Shown: positions 9,709-19,090, counted from the first letter of the stretch. The stretch is 64,000 nt of DNA from Candidatus Saccharimonadota bacterium (GCA_009777625.1 WRLL01000002.1:563-64562), one strand, 5' to 3'. Translations and numbers: made by a program. Notes: generated from the letters alone by a model not told the origin.

Positions 9709-10794
9709 ATGAAAATCATAGTTACACAAGAAAACTTGAATCGAGCCTTGAATATCGTAGGACGGATCGCAACAACACGAGCCAGCTTGCCGATCTTGGC
9801 CAATATTTTATTCAGAACCGACAATGGTCGACTAATCATTGCCGCCACCAACATGGAAGTCTCGATCACTGAAACCATCGGCGCCAAAGTCGAAAATGAC
9901 GGCGCCATAACAATTCCAGCACGTTTAATTACCGACTTCGTCAATAATTTGCCGCACAGTAACGTTAATCTGGAAACCGACGGCGGCAAAGTCAAGATCA
10001 GCGCCGGTGGTTACAAATCAACCATAAACGCGGCGCTGGCTGACGATTTTCCTGAGTTACCAGAGGTTAAGCCGGCCAATAAATTTACGATTGACGCCGA
10101 ATCCTTAAAGGAAGCCATTTCCAAAACCATAATCGTAGCCAGTAGCGACACGACTCGCCCGATCTTGACAGGTGTTTATGTTTATAGTTTGGATGGTGTT
10201 ATCTACTTTGCAGCGACCGATGGCTATCGTTTGGCTGAGAAAAAGGTCATGGACGAAAAAAGCGATATCTCTGTCATCGTACCAGCCAGTACTTTAAGTG
10301 ACGTTTTGAGAGTCCTAAATGGCGACGAAAAAGTCCGCATCGAACTGGACGACGAACAGATCAGCTTTATGATCGGCGACATCACGATCACTTCGCGCCT
10401 GATCGACGGCCGTTTTATTGACTATCGCCAGCTGATCCCGACCAAAACTGAATTTTCGGCTACGGTTGATCGAAATGAATTTATCCGCATCGTTAAAGTT
10501 GCCGAGCTGTTCGCCCGCGAATCAGCCGGCTCGATCGTCCTGAAAACCAAGCAAGCCGGCCAGGAATTAAGCGTCGAGTCGATCACTTCACAGATTGGCG
10601 AAAATAATTCAACCATCGACGCCGAAGTTAAGGGTGACGGCGTAGTGACGTTGAATTCGAAATTCCTGCTGGATGCGTTGAATGCGATTGGCGATGACAA
10701 GGTCAACCTGCATTTCTCTGGCAAGTTGGCGCCGGTGTTACTTACCGGTGAAAATGACGATTACAAGCATATTGTTATGCCTGTTAAATCTTAA
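9709..10794 (+). CDS. dnaN: DNA polymerase III beta sliding clamp
   Basis: 361 aa with full-length three-domain beta-clamp-like sequence. AAAGGA SD upstream. Lies in the dnaA-dnaN-recF synteny. Confidence 0.95.
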   Translation: MKIIVTQENLNRALNIVGRIATTRASLPILANILFRTDNGRLIIAATNMEVSITETIGAKVENDGAITIPARLITDFVNNLPHSNVNLETDGGKVKISAGGYKSTINAALADDFPELPEVKPANKFTIDAESLKEAISKTIIVASSDTTRPILTGVYVYSLDGVIYFAATDGYRLAEKKVMDEKSDISVIVPASTLSDVLRVLNGDEKVRIELDDEQISFMIGDITITSRLIDGRFIDYRQLIPTKTEFSATVDRNEFIRIVKVAELFARESAGSIVLKTKQAGQELSVESITSQIGENNSTIDAEVKGDGVVTLNSKFLLDALNAIGDDKVNLHFSGKLAPVLLTGENDDYKHIVMPVKS

Positions 10795-10812
10795 AAATGC
10801 TAAGATGGGTTT

Positions 10813-11856
10813 ATGATCTCAAACCTCCGTGTGCAAAATTTCCGCGTCCATGACGATTACGTAGTGGATTTTAATCAAGGCGTAACAGTGATAACTGGCC
10901 CGAACGGCAGCGGCAAGACTTCCCTGATCGAAGCAATTTATTTAGCACTGAGTGGCAAAAGCTGGCGGTCGAATTTCGCCGAGATTTTACAAACTGTTGG
11001 TGATAAACCAGCCGAATGGTGGCGGATTGACTTAACATTAGATGGCGGCGAAAAACGAACTGTGAAATTCTTAAACGATCAAGGAAATCTCAAGAAAAGC
11101 TTTGAAACTGGCGGTAAAATTTTCGCGCGCCTGCCTGCCAAAATGAAAAAACCAATCGTGTTGTTTGAGCCAAATGATTTACAACTCCTTTACGGCTCCC
11201 CTGCCCGGCGGCGACAATTCTTTGATCGTTTTATCACGGAATTAATTCCCGAGCATCAGACGAACTTAAACAAATTCGAACGGATTTTACGTCAGCGGAA
11301 TAACTTATTAAAAAAAGAAGCTTCGGCCGACGAATTATTCGTTTGGGACTTGCAGTTTTCTGATTTAAGTGAAAAGATTTCTCAGGCGCGTCGCGATGTC
11401 GTGAAGCAAATAAATGAGAATTTGACAGAAAAATATGCCGAAATTGCCGGTAAAAACGACGTGATTAATCTGAAATTCATGGCTGGCGGACCGTTGGATC
11501 GGCGTGAGATTATGAATGAATTAAGCAATCAAAAGTCTTACCAAGCCACACCGATCGGCGCCCAAAAAGACGACGTGAAATTCTTACTGAACAAGAAGCT
11601 GGCCAAAACCGCCGCCAGTCGCGGCGAAAATCGGACGATAATCTTTGCGATTTTGGCGCGACAGATTGAGATTTTGCGCGCTACTAACCAGGAAGTTTTC
11701 GTCATTCTAGACGATATCGACAGTGAGCTGGACGATGTACATAAGAATAATCTGTACAAGATTTCCGCTCTGAGTGAAAATAATTTGTTTGCGACCACAA
11801 TCAAGTTTAAAGGTAAAGCAGCTAATCACATTAAACTTTCGTCTTTGTCATCCTGA
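10813..11856 (+). CDS. recF: DNA replication/repair protein RecF
   Basis: N-terminal Walker A GPNGSGKTS, SMC-like signature region and C-terminal Walker B ILDDIDSELD. Confidence 0.9.
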   Translation: MISNLRVQNFRVHDDYVVDFNQGVTVITGPNGSGKTSLIEAIYLALSGKSWRSNFAEILQTVGDKPAEWWRIDLTLDGGEKRTVKFLNDQGNLKKSFETGGKIFARLPAKMKKPIVLFEPNDLQLLYGSPARRRQFFDRFITELIPEHQTNLNKFERILRQRNNLLKKEASADELFVWDLQFSDLSEKISQARRDVVKQINENLTEKYAEIAGKNDVINLKFMAGGPLDRREIMNELSNQKSYQATPIGAQKDDVKFLLNKKLAKTAASRGENRTIIFAILARQIEILRATNQEVFVILDDIDSELDDVHKNNLYKISALSENNLFATTIKFKGKAANHIKLSSLSS

Positions 11857-11910
11857 ATTTATTTCAGGATCTAATCGATTAATAATTAGATTACGGATCA
11901 AGCGGGACGC
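11845..11910. repeat. double-hairpin palindromic element, copy B (overlaps the recF stop)
   Basis: TTGTCATCCTGAAtttatTTCAGGATCTAATCGATTAATAATTAGATTACGGATCAAGCGGGACGC. The second arm is degenerate. Confidence 0.7.
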
Positions 11911-11956
11911 CCCTCATTTGATTTATCTGGTGAGTGGGTCAGGAAACGAAAGTGGT

Positions 11957-13168
11957 TCAAGCTAAATGTTTCAAAGCAACAATCGGATCCTGTCGCGCAG
12001 CCCGAGCCGCCGGCCAGAGGCCAAACAACAATCCAACAGACAGCGGCACGCCCAAACCAACTGCGAAAATCCACCAATCATAAACCAGCGGCAGCGAAAA
12101 TTGCAGCGTAATCAGATAGGCAGTCCCATAAGCCAGCGCCAAACCAGTCACGCCGCCGTACAGCGTAATCAGTAACGCCTCAATTAAGAACTGGCTCAGG
12201 ATATGGCGCCGCGTTGCCCCGACGGCCTTTCGGATGCCGATTTCGCGGATGCGTTCGGTGACGCTGACCAGCATGATGTTCATAATGCCGATGCCGCCGA
12301 CGACCAACGACACGCCGGCAAAGATCAGCGCTGCGGTCGTGATGGTGTTGAGCCAGCTGCTCAGGGCCCCAACAGCGTCGCGCCCAGCTCGCACAGAGTA
12401 TTCGTTGTGGTCGAGGTGGTTTTTATCTAAGACGCTCAAAATGCTTTTTTCTAAGGCTGGCAAATTATCGGCCGATTTAGCGCGCACAGCGATTTGCCCG
12501 ATCTGATTAACACCACCACTAAACATTAGTCCGTTCTTTAAAGAAATAAAGGCGGCTTTGTCGATATCGACACCAGCCAGCGAAATTGGTCGATCAACGC
12601 GCTTCAGGACGCCGATGACGGTGAAGTTCTGCCCCTTTACCTCGATAATTTGGCCGCTGGCGTCGGTGGTGCCAAGCAGACCGCGGGCTAATTTGTCGCC
12701 CAAAATCACCCACTGCTTGGCCGTTTCGTCGGCCTCGAACCAATTGCCTGATGCTAGCTTTAGATCGAAAATATTTGGAAAATTATCGCTGGTCGCGACA
12801 GTGGTAACATGCTGGTAATCGCCTTCTGAACCCTTGATTTGACCGCCCAGGAACATCATCGGTGCAACCGCTTCAACCTCTTTTAACCCGCTGATGCTGA
12901 CGACGTCGCGGTCGGTCAAGGACGAAATCGGTGCCGCTGTTAGCGGACTGAAAGCTTCTAGGCCGCTGGCGTCGTTACTACTGCCGCGGACGACGACGAT
13001 GTTATCAGATAATGCCGAGACTTGGTCGGTGATACTCTGGTGCAACCCTCGGCTGACGATCAAGATCAGCGAAATGATGAAAACGCCGATCATGACGCCC
13101 AGGCTGGTCAACACCGTGCGCAGGCGATGGCTTTTTAGGCTGGCGTGAGCCAGGCGGTAGCTCAGCAT
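11957..13168 (-). CDS. ABC transporter permease, MacB/FtsX family
   Basis: N-terminal TM helix, large extracytoplasmic domain and a C-terminal FtsX-type TM bundle. The start overlaps the ATPase stop (TAATG). Confidence 0.85.
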   Translation of the reverse strand: MLSYRLAHASLKSHRLRTVLTSLGVMIGVFIISLILIVSRGLHQSITDQVSALSDNIVVVRGSSNDASGLEAFSPLTAAPISSLTDRDVVSISGLKEVEAVAPMMFLGGQIKGSEGDYQHVTTVATSDNFPNIFDLKLASGNWFEADETAKQWVILGDKLARGLLGTTDASGQIIEVKGQNFTVIGVLKRVDRPISLAGVDIDKAAFISLKNGLMFSGGVNQIGQIAVRAKSADNLPALEKSILSVLDKNHLDHNEYSVRAGRDAVGALSSWLNTITTAALIFAGVSLVVGGIGIMNIMLVSVTERIREIGIRKAVGATRRHILSQFLIEALLITLYGGVTGLALAYGTAYLITLQFSLPLVYDWWIFAVGLGVPLSVGLLFGLWPAARAARQDPIVALKHLA

Positions 13169-14070
13169 TACTTCTTCTCCCCCTCTTTTTGGCGACGCAG
13201 GCGACCGTTGCGGAAACGGCGCGAACGCTGTTTTTTCCTCTGGGAAATGAAGCTGGTTGTGGCCTTATACGCGGCCGTGTCGGTCAGTTCGATGTCGCGA
13301 TCAATCTGGCCGTCCTTCATGTGGATGACGCGGCTGGCGTACGATAACAGATCAGGATTGTGCGTCACCATCAGGATCGTGTTGCCGGCGCGGTGCAGGC
13401 GCGTTAGTTCGTCCATAATGATCTCGGAATTTTTGCTGTCGAGGTTGCCGGTCGGTTCGTCTGCTAGGATTATCGACGGATTGTTGATCAAGGCTCGCGC
13501 AATGGCGACGCGCTGAGTTTGACCGCCGGATAGTTGATTCGGCAAATAATATTCGCGGTTTTGCAGATCAAAAGTCTTAAGAATTTTCGAGGCCTTTTCG
13601 AGATTATTAAATTTCAATCCTCGCTGATAAGTCAACGGCAAAGCCACATTATCCAGCACGTTCAACGTCGGAATCAGATTGAAATTCTGGAAAATAAAGC
13701 CGACTTCGCGGCCACGGATGCGAGCCTTTCGGGCGGCGGACAATTTGGCGACACTCTTGCTATTCAGGAAATATTCACCGGCCGATGGCTTGTCCAACAA
13801 ACCTAAGATGTTCAGTAAGGTAGTTTTTCCACAGCCACTTGGCCCCATGATAGCGACGAATTCGCCGCGCTGGATTTCCAGATCAATTCCGTCCAGTGCC
13901 TGAAAAACCGTGTCGCCAAAACCGAACGTCTTGACAGTGCTTCTTAAAGAAATCGTGGGCGTTGGTTCTTCGTCGATCGTTCGAGTGGCGGCGCCGGCGA
14001 AAAAAACTTGCCGATCCTTTAACAAGGCTTTTGGCAAAGCGAAGGCGGGGTCCTGCGGCGTGGTGGTCAT
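13168..14070 (-). CDS. ABC transporter ATP-binding protein (MacB/LolD-like) with basic C-terminal tail
   Basis: Walker A GPSGCGKTT, signature LSGGQTQRVAIARAL, Walker B ILADEPTGNLD. Confidence 0.9.
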   Translation of the reverse strand: MTTTPQDPAFALPKALLKDRQVFFAGAATRTIDEEPTPTISLRSTVKTFGFGDTVFQALDGIDLEIQRGEFVAIMGPSGCGKTTLLNILGLLDKPSAGEYFLNSKSVAKLSAARKARIRGREVGFIFQNFNLIPTLNVLDNVALPLTYQRGLKFNNLEKASKILKTFDLQNREYYLPNQLSGGQTQRVAIARALINNPSIILADEPTGNLDSKNSEIIMDELTRLHRAGNTILMVTHNPDLLSYASRVIHMKDGQIDRDIELTDTAAYKATTSFISQRKKQRSRRFRNGRLRRQKEGEKK

Positions 14071-14299
14071 AACTTACCAATTATTATAACCCTTTCTCAT
14101 GATTTTTGACAAGGGGTGAAAAAGTAAAAAACTTATGTTAAAACGCAGCAACGAGAGAACAAAATGAATCTTGTTCATTTTGTTTCGAGTGCTAATGTTT
14201 TTTCTGTGATAAAATGTAAACGTGGGCAGATTTTATTTTGCCCGGCGAAAAAGGAATGGGGCGGTCCAATATTCAGCACCGCCAGTTTAGGAGTAAAAA

Positions 14300-15412
14300 A
14301 TAGCCGAACACAAAGTTCCCCAAGATGTCGAAGCCGAAGACAAACTGCTTGGCCCATTTAGCTTTCGGCAGTTTGTTTATTTGATGATTGCTTTTGCGGC
14401 GGGCGCTATGGCTTTCTTTTTAGGGCAGATGGCGATTATATTAGCGTTTATTCCCTCGCCAGTTATAATTGTGTTTGCAGTTTTGGCGTTGCCTCTTCGC
14501 AAGGATCAGCCTATGGAGACTTATCTGGCGGCGTTGATAAAGTTTTACTTTTCGCCGCATGTTCGACTTTGGGATCCGGATGGTCAAGACAGTCTGATCG
14601 AGATCAGCAACCCGATTGTCGACGACGAACCGCGGATCAAGGAATTCGGCGGCGAAGAAGCAGCCCGGCGCCTGTCATTTCTGGCTGATGTGTCGGACAC
14701 GCAGGGCTGGGCAACGCGCGGTGTTGGTGCGCCGATTAACACGACAATTCTGGCCGATGATTTGGCAGCTGAAGCTTCGACAACAGTAGATATATTAGAG
14801 GGGGCCGATTCATTATCCCAGTCGATTGACAATATGTTAAGTCAGTCTAATCAGCAGGTTCGTCAGGCGGCGGTGATACGTATGCAAAATGACGCGCCTT
14901 CCCCTTCGGTGCCACAGATGGCAGTTCCGTCGACTTCTTCTACGCCGGTTGCAACCAGTGAACCAGCTGTTGTGCCAACTCCACCAGCTGCACCTGTTAC
15001 TGCTTCGCCGTACGCTAGCGTTCAAGCCATGGCCGTCTCGCAGCCAACCAGCAATATCAGTGAAGTCGACGAGGCTAGCGCCGAGGCCCTGCTGAAACAG
15101 GCTGCAGCTGGTATGCCAGTGTCGAATCAGCCATCTATGCAACAAAGGGTTATTCAACCTCTAGGCGGTGTTTTTGGATCGAGTTCTCATTCGACTCCGA
15201 CTCCATCCAGTACATCACCTGTCCCACCCAGACAGCCAGCCGTACCGGTAATACCCACGGCGATCGAACCAGAAGAGCCGACCCCACTGCCGCTCTCGCC
15301 AGTCGAAGCGGAATCTGCTACAATAGAGTCAGCCAGCGCGCCAGAGGACGAAGGAATTATCGACCTTGGCGGCGATGATGGTAATAACGAAACGACGGTT
15401 TCACTTCATTGA
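14300..15412 (+). CDS. PrgI/VirB3-like T4SS membrane protein with long Pro/Ser/Thr/Ala-rich tail
   Basis: The frame opens right after TAA 14294-14296. A conserved-looking KVPQDVEAEDKLLGPFSFRQFVYL motif precedes two TM helices. AGGAG sits 6 nt upstream of ATA 14300. The first canonical start (TTG 14381 / ATG 14384) would delete the motif. Confidence 0.65.
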   Translation: MAEHKVPQDVEAEDKLLGPFSFRQFVYLMIAFAAGAMAFFLGQMAIILAFIPSPVIIVFAVLALPLRKDQPMETYLAALIKFYFSPHVRLWDPDGQDSLIEISNPIVDDEPRIKEFGGEEAARRLSFLADVSDTQGWATRGVGAPINTTILADDLAAEASTTVDILEGADSLSQSIDNMLSQSNQQVRQAAVIRMQNDAPSPSVPQMAVPSTSSTPVATSEPAVVPTPPAAPVTASPYASVQAMAVSQPTSNISEVDEASAEALLKQAAAGMPVSNQPSMQQRVIQPLGGVFGSSSHSTPTPSSTSPVPPRQPAVPVIPTAIEPEEPTPLPLSPVEAESATIESASAPEDEGIIDLGGDDGNNETTVSLH

Positions 15413-15427
15413 ACAAGGGTGGGAAGC

Positions 15428-16249
15428 ATGCAACCAAATCAACAACCGATCAACCCAGCACCAGCCGCCATGCCGGCCCCTGCTCCTGTTGCATCAGGTG
15501 GCAAGCCAACCCCGGCCAGTCCAAAGAACCCAAACTCGACGCAAAATACATTGGTTTTCGAAGAGCTACGCGACAAAATGGTCATCATGGGCGACGGTAC
15601 ATTTCGGGCTGTGGTAGCAGCGCAATCGATCAACTTTGATCTGATGAGCGGCCGCGAGCGCGACAGTATCGAAATGTCATACCAGGACTTCTTGAACTCA
15701 TTGACCTTTCCGATTCAGATTTATATTCGGTCGCAAAGGGTTGATATCGGGCCGTACCTTGACAAGCTAGAGCAATTGCGGGTTAGTCAGGACAACATGC
15801 TGCTTGGCGTATTGATGGACGATTATATTCAATTTATCGACGCCTTGAGCCAAGAAGCCAACATTATGGACAAGAGTTTCTTTATCGTGGTCCCCTATTC
15901 AATCGGCGAAGGCAGCCAAAGGGTTGGCGACAGTACCAGCGGTAAGTTTCCTCTGACGCAATTATTTGCGCCGACCAAAAATCATCAGCATATCAAAGTA
16001 CCGGCCGATCAATACGAGCGCGCCAAGGACGAAATCCAGCGCCGCGTTAACGCTGTAATAGATGGTTTAGCGCAGGTCGGCATTCGTGCCGTGCGGCTGG
16101 ATACGCGCGAGCTGGGTGAGCTGTACTACAATATTTACAATCCTGATACAGCTCTGCGACAGCCCATAGGTGACTTTAAGCAATTCACTGGCACGGTGGT
16201 GCAAAAAGGCCAAGGCCCAGCACCGAGCCAACCTGTAGGAGGCGTTTAA
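15428..16249 (+). CDS. VirB4 N-terminal-domain-like protein (detached), with Pro-rich N-terminal extension
   Basis: FEELRDKMVIMGDGTFRAVVAAQSINFDLMSGRERDSIEMSYQDFLNSLTFPIQIY resembles, from my recollection, the first domain of Gram-positive-type VirB4 (Tn916 Orf16/TrsE class). It ends at a TAA in frame with the next gene. Confidence 0.6.
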   Translation: MQPNQQPINPAPAAMPAPAPVASGGKPTPASPKNPNSTQNTLVFEELRDKMVIMGDGTFRAVVAAQSINFDLMSGRERDSIEMSYQDFLNSLTFPIQIYIRSQRVDIGPYLDKLEQLRVSQDNMLLGVLMDDYIQFIDALSQEANIMDKSFFIVVPYSIGEGSQRVGDSTSGKFPLTQLFAPTKNHQHIKVPADQYERAKDEIQRRVNAVIDGLAQVGIRAVRLDTRELGELYYNIYNPDTALRQPIGDFKQFTGTVVQKGQGPAPSQPVGGV

Positions 16250-18073
16250 ATGGCGAGAAAGAAGAAAACCGAAGTCGATATAGCGGCCCAACAACAAGCT
16301 CGCGAGGCTGCCGAGGTCGCCGCCGAATTCCAAAAAGGCATTACTACTCTGCGCGACCTGATTGCACCAGCCAGCCTAGAATTCAAATCGGGTTATTTCA
16401 TGATGGGGACGCGTTGGTGTCGAACTCTGTATGCTTATGGTTATCCGCGGACTATTTATACCGGCTGGTTGAGCTCTATTATCAACCTTGACGAAGTGAT
16501 TGATGTCAGTATGTTCATTTATCCGGTTGATTCACAGGTTGTCATGAATAACCTGAGGAAGAAAGTCACTCAGCTAGAAGCCTCAATGTCGGTCAACGCC
16601 GAGCACGGCAAAGTTCGCGACCCAGGTCTGGAGGCAGCCTACCAAGATGCCGAAGAACTACGTGATAAATTGCAGATTGGTGCCGAGAAATTTTTCCGCT
16701 TTGGTTTGTATTTTACGCTGTACGGTGAAAGCCAGGACGAACTGGATTATGTGACGCACAAAGTCGAAACTGTTCTGGGCCAACAAATGGTCCTAACCAA
16801 GGTCGCCTCGAGCCAACAGGAGCAAGGACTGAATTCGATTGTGCCACAGTTTTCTGATCAGCTGCAAATTCGACGCAACATGGACACGGGTGCGGTTTCG
16901 ACCTCCTTCCCTTTTACCAGCGCCGATCTGACGCAGGATAATGGGATTTTGTATGGTGTTAACATGCATAACAACGGCTTAGTGATTTTTGATCGCTTTT
17001 CTCTAGAGAATGCTAATATGGCAGTCTTTGCTAAATCCGGTGCTGGTAAATCTTTCACCGTCAAGCTAGAGGCGCTGCGGTCAATGATGATGGGCGCCGA
17101 CATTTTAATTATCGACCCGGAAAACGAGTATCAGAAACTTAGCGATGCAGTTGGTGGCGCATATATCCACCTCAGTTTGAACAGTGACACGCGAATTAAC
17201 CCGTTCGATTTGCCTCAGGTGGTTGACAGTGATGACGGCGAAAGTGCCGATGCATTACGCGCCAACCTGGTGACTCTACATGGATTATTGCGCCAAATGC
17301 TGGGCACCAGCCAAGTTGCGGCTGATGGCTCGATGGTCAGTATCCTTAGCCCAGGCGAAGAAGCTGATCTGGACCAGGCGCTGATTGATACCTATGCGCG
17401 CGTGGGTATTACTTCCGATCCGCTGACGCACAATTCGCCGCCGCCGGTGATGGCTGATCTGTATGATACTTTGCTGCATATGAGCGGTAATGGGCCAGAG
17501 TTGGCGCAGCGGTTGCGGCAATATACCACTGGAACTTTTGCCGGAATCTTTTCGCAGCAATCGAATGTTGAAATCAATAATCACATGGTTGTCTTTAATA
17601 TTCGTGATTTGGAGGACGAACTGCGGCCAGTAGCGATGTATATCGTCCTTTCACATATCTGGAACAAGGTCCGCACAGACAAAAGAAAGCGCATGCTAAT
17701 CGTCGACGAGGCCTGGCAACTGATGAAATATCCGGACAGCGCGAACTTTATGTTTTCGTTGGCCAAGCGGGCGCGAAAGTATTACCTGGGTCTGACAACT
17801 GTGACCCAGGACGTCGAGGACTTCATGAATTCGCAGATGGGCCGAGCGATTGTGGCGAACTCGTCAATGCAGATTTTGTTGAAACAGTCGCCTAGCGCTA
17901 TCGACGTTCTTGGCCAAGTGTTTAAGCTAACAGAGGAAGAACTAAAACGGTTGGCCAACTTCCCGGTCGGTCAAGGGCTATTCTTTGCCGGGCAAAACCA
18001 CGTGCTGATTCAAATTATCGCGTCTCAGACTGAGCAGGATTTGATTACAACGAATCCAGCACAGACCCAGTAA
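16250..18073 (+). CDS. VirB4/TrbE/TraC-family T4SS ATPase (C-terminal two-thirds)
   Basis: LRDLIAPASLEF...YPRTIYTGWL middle-domain motifs, Walker A AKSGAGKSFTVK and Walker B MLIVDEAWQLM. GGAGG lies 7 nt upstream of the ATG. Confidence 0.85.
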   Translation: MARKKKTEVDIAAQQQAREAAEVAAEFQKGITTLRDLIAPASLEFKSGYFMMGTRWCRTLYAYGYPRTIYTGWLSSIINLDEVIDVSMFIYPVDSQVVMNNLRKKVTQLEASMSVNAEHGKVRDPGLEAAYQDAEELRDKLQIGAEKFFRFGLYFTLYGESQDELDYVTHKVETVLGQQMVLTKVASSQQEQGLNSIVPQFSDQLQIRRNMDTGAVSTSFPFTSADLTQDNGILYGVNMHNNGLVIFDRFSLENANMAVFAKSGAGKSFTVKLEALRSMMMGADILIIDPENEYQKLSDAVGGAYIHLSLNSDTRINPFDLPQVVDSDDGESADALRANLVTLHGLLRQMLGTSQVAADGSMVSILSPGEEADLDQALIDTYARVGITSDPLTHNSPPPVMADLYDTLLHMSGNGPELAQRLRQYTTGTFAGIFSQQSNVEINNHMVVFNIRDLEDELRPVAMYIVLSHIWNKVRTDKRKRMLIVDEAWQLMKYPDSANFMFSLAKRARKYYLGLTTVTQDVEDFMNSQMGRAIVANSSMQILLKQSPSAIDVLGQVFKLTEEELKRLANFPVGQGLFFAGQNHVLIQIIASQTEQDLITTNPAQTQ

Positions 18074-18115
18074 CTTTAGCTTTTCGCTTATCTCTTATTG
18101 TTGTACAATAGAGCA

Positions 18116-19045
18116 ATGATCAAATTCAATCGTTTAGTCGTGGTTTTCGCGCCCAATTCAACGCGGGCCGAAGAATATTTCAGGAAAGTCCGGCCCGAAT
18201 TAATAAAAATCGCTAGCCAGCAACAGGCCACCTTCAGAGAGATCGCGCTGGATAACCTGCCCTATTTTGCAGCACGGGATCTAATTGAACAACAGTTAAC
18301 CAGCGATGATTTATTGGTAGCGGCTGGTGGTGACGGTGCAGCGCAGGTGTCTTTTGATGCAGCGTTTCGATCATCAGATGTAACTTTTGCAGTTTTGCCG
18401 CTCGGTAATGGCAATGATTTATCACAGGCTTTGAATGGTCGAATGACTAACCCGGTTCGTATTCTAAACGGTTCGAGACATGATTTTTATCCGCTGGACG
18501 TGCGAATTAATGGCGAAAAGGCAATCGCTTTATCGTCATATTTAACGTTGGGCGCGACGGTTATTCTGACAGATTTTCTTAATCAAGAAGTGGCACGCGG
18601 TCGGCGAAAGAAATTGAAGTTTTTATCGCCGGCGGCCGGTTTGCCACTAAAAAACCTACGCGAGGTGTCGCGACAAATCAATGAACTGGATTCGCCGGCA
18701 TTTACGCGCGATGGGCTGGCGTATGATGATGACTCCTTAGGTTTTTTCTTAATCAACGCAGCGCGCGGGATCTTGCGGCCCAATAAAAACATTACTTTTT
18801 CGGATGAAGAATTCTTTTTCCACATATCGAATCAGAAGTTTGGCTCTAGCCTGTTACAGAAGATTCTGCGGGCCGGATTATGGGCGACGAAATTTCCCGG
18901 CCAAGTATCAGAGTCAGAAGAAATCACCTTTGACCAGCCAATCGATTTGGTCGTCAATCTGGCTGGCGATACAGTTGAATTAAAGGATGTTCAAAAGATC
19001 AGCGCTGAACGTAGCCGAACGGCACTGAAGGTTTTGGCAAAATAA
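18116..19045 (+). CDS. diacylglycerol/lipid kinase family protein (YegS/BmrU-like)
   Basis: DAGK catalytic-domain motifs LVAAGGDGAAQ and LPLGNGNDLSQAL. The start was set at MIKFNRLVVVF. Confidence 0.75.
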   Translation: MIKFNRLVVVFAPNSTRAEEYFRKVRPELIKIASQQQATFREIALDNLPYFAARDLIEQQLTSDDLLVAAGGDGAAQVSFDAAFRSSDVTFAVLPLGNGNDLSQALNGRMTNPVRILNGSRHDFYPLDVRINGEKAIALSSYLTLGATVILTDFLNQEVARGRRKKLKFLSPAAGLPLKNLREVSRQINELDSPAFTRDGLAYDDDSLGFFLINAARGILRPNKNITFSDEEFFFHISNQKFGSSLLQKILRAGLWATKFPGQVSESEEITFDQPIDLVVNLAGDTVELKDVQKISAERSRTALKVLAK

Positions 19046-19048
19046 CAG

Positions 19049-19075
19049 TTGTCATTCTAGGCTTGTCCCAGAATC
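19049..19075. repeat. half copy (single hairpin) of the palindromic element
   Basis: TTGTCATTCTAGGCTTGTCCCAGAATC, immediately after the kinase stop. Confidence 0.55.
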
Positions 19076-19090
19076 TAATCTATAACTTGA

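Noticed and set aside
9425-9712. 95-aa ORF in the dnaA-dnaN spacer, plus the 130-aa antisense ORF at 9603-9995.
   Set aside because: The region is filled with DnaA boxes and an AT-rich unwinding element, so it is oriC. The antisense ORF overlaps the dnaN start. Neither has coding-like composition.
14164-14361. 65-aa plus-strand and 60-aa minus-strand ORFs upstream of the PrgI-like gene.
   Set aside because: Both overlap the extended PrgI-like N-terminus and its SD. Neither has motifs or its own translation signals. They are better explained as leader sequence plus the true PrgI start region.
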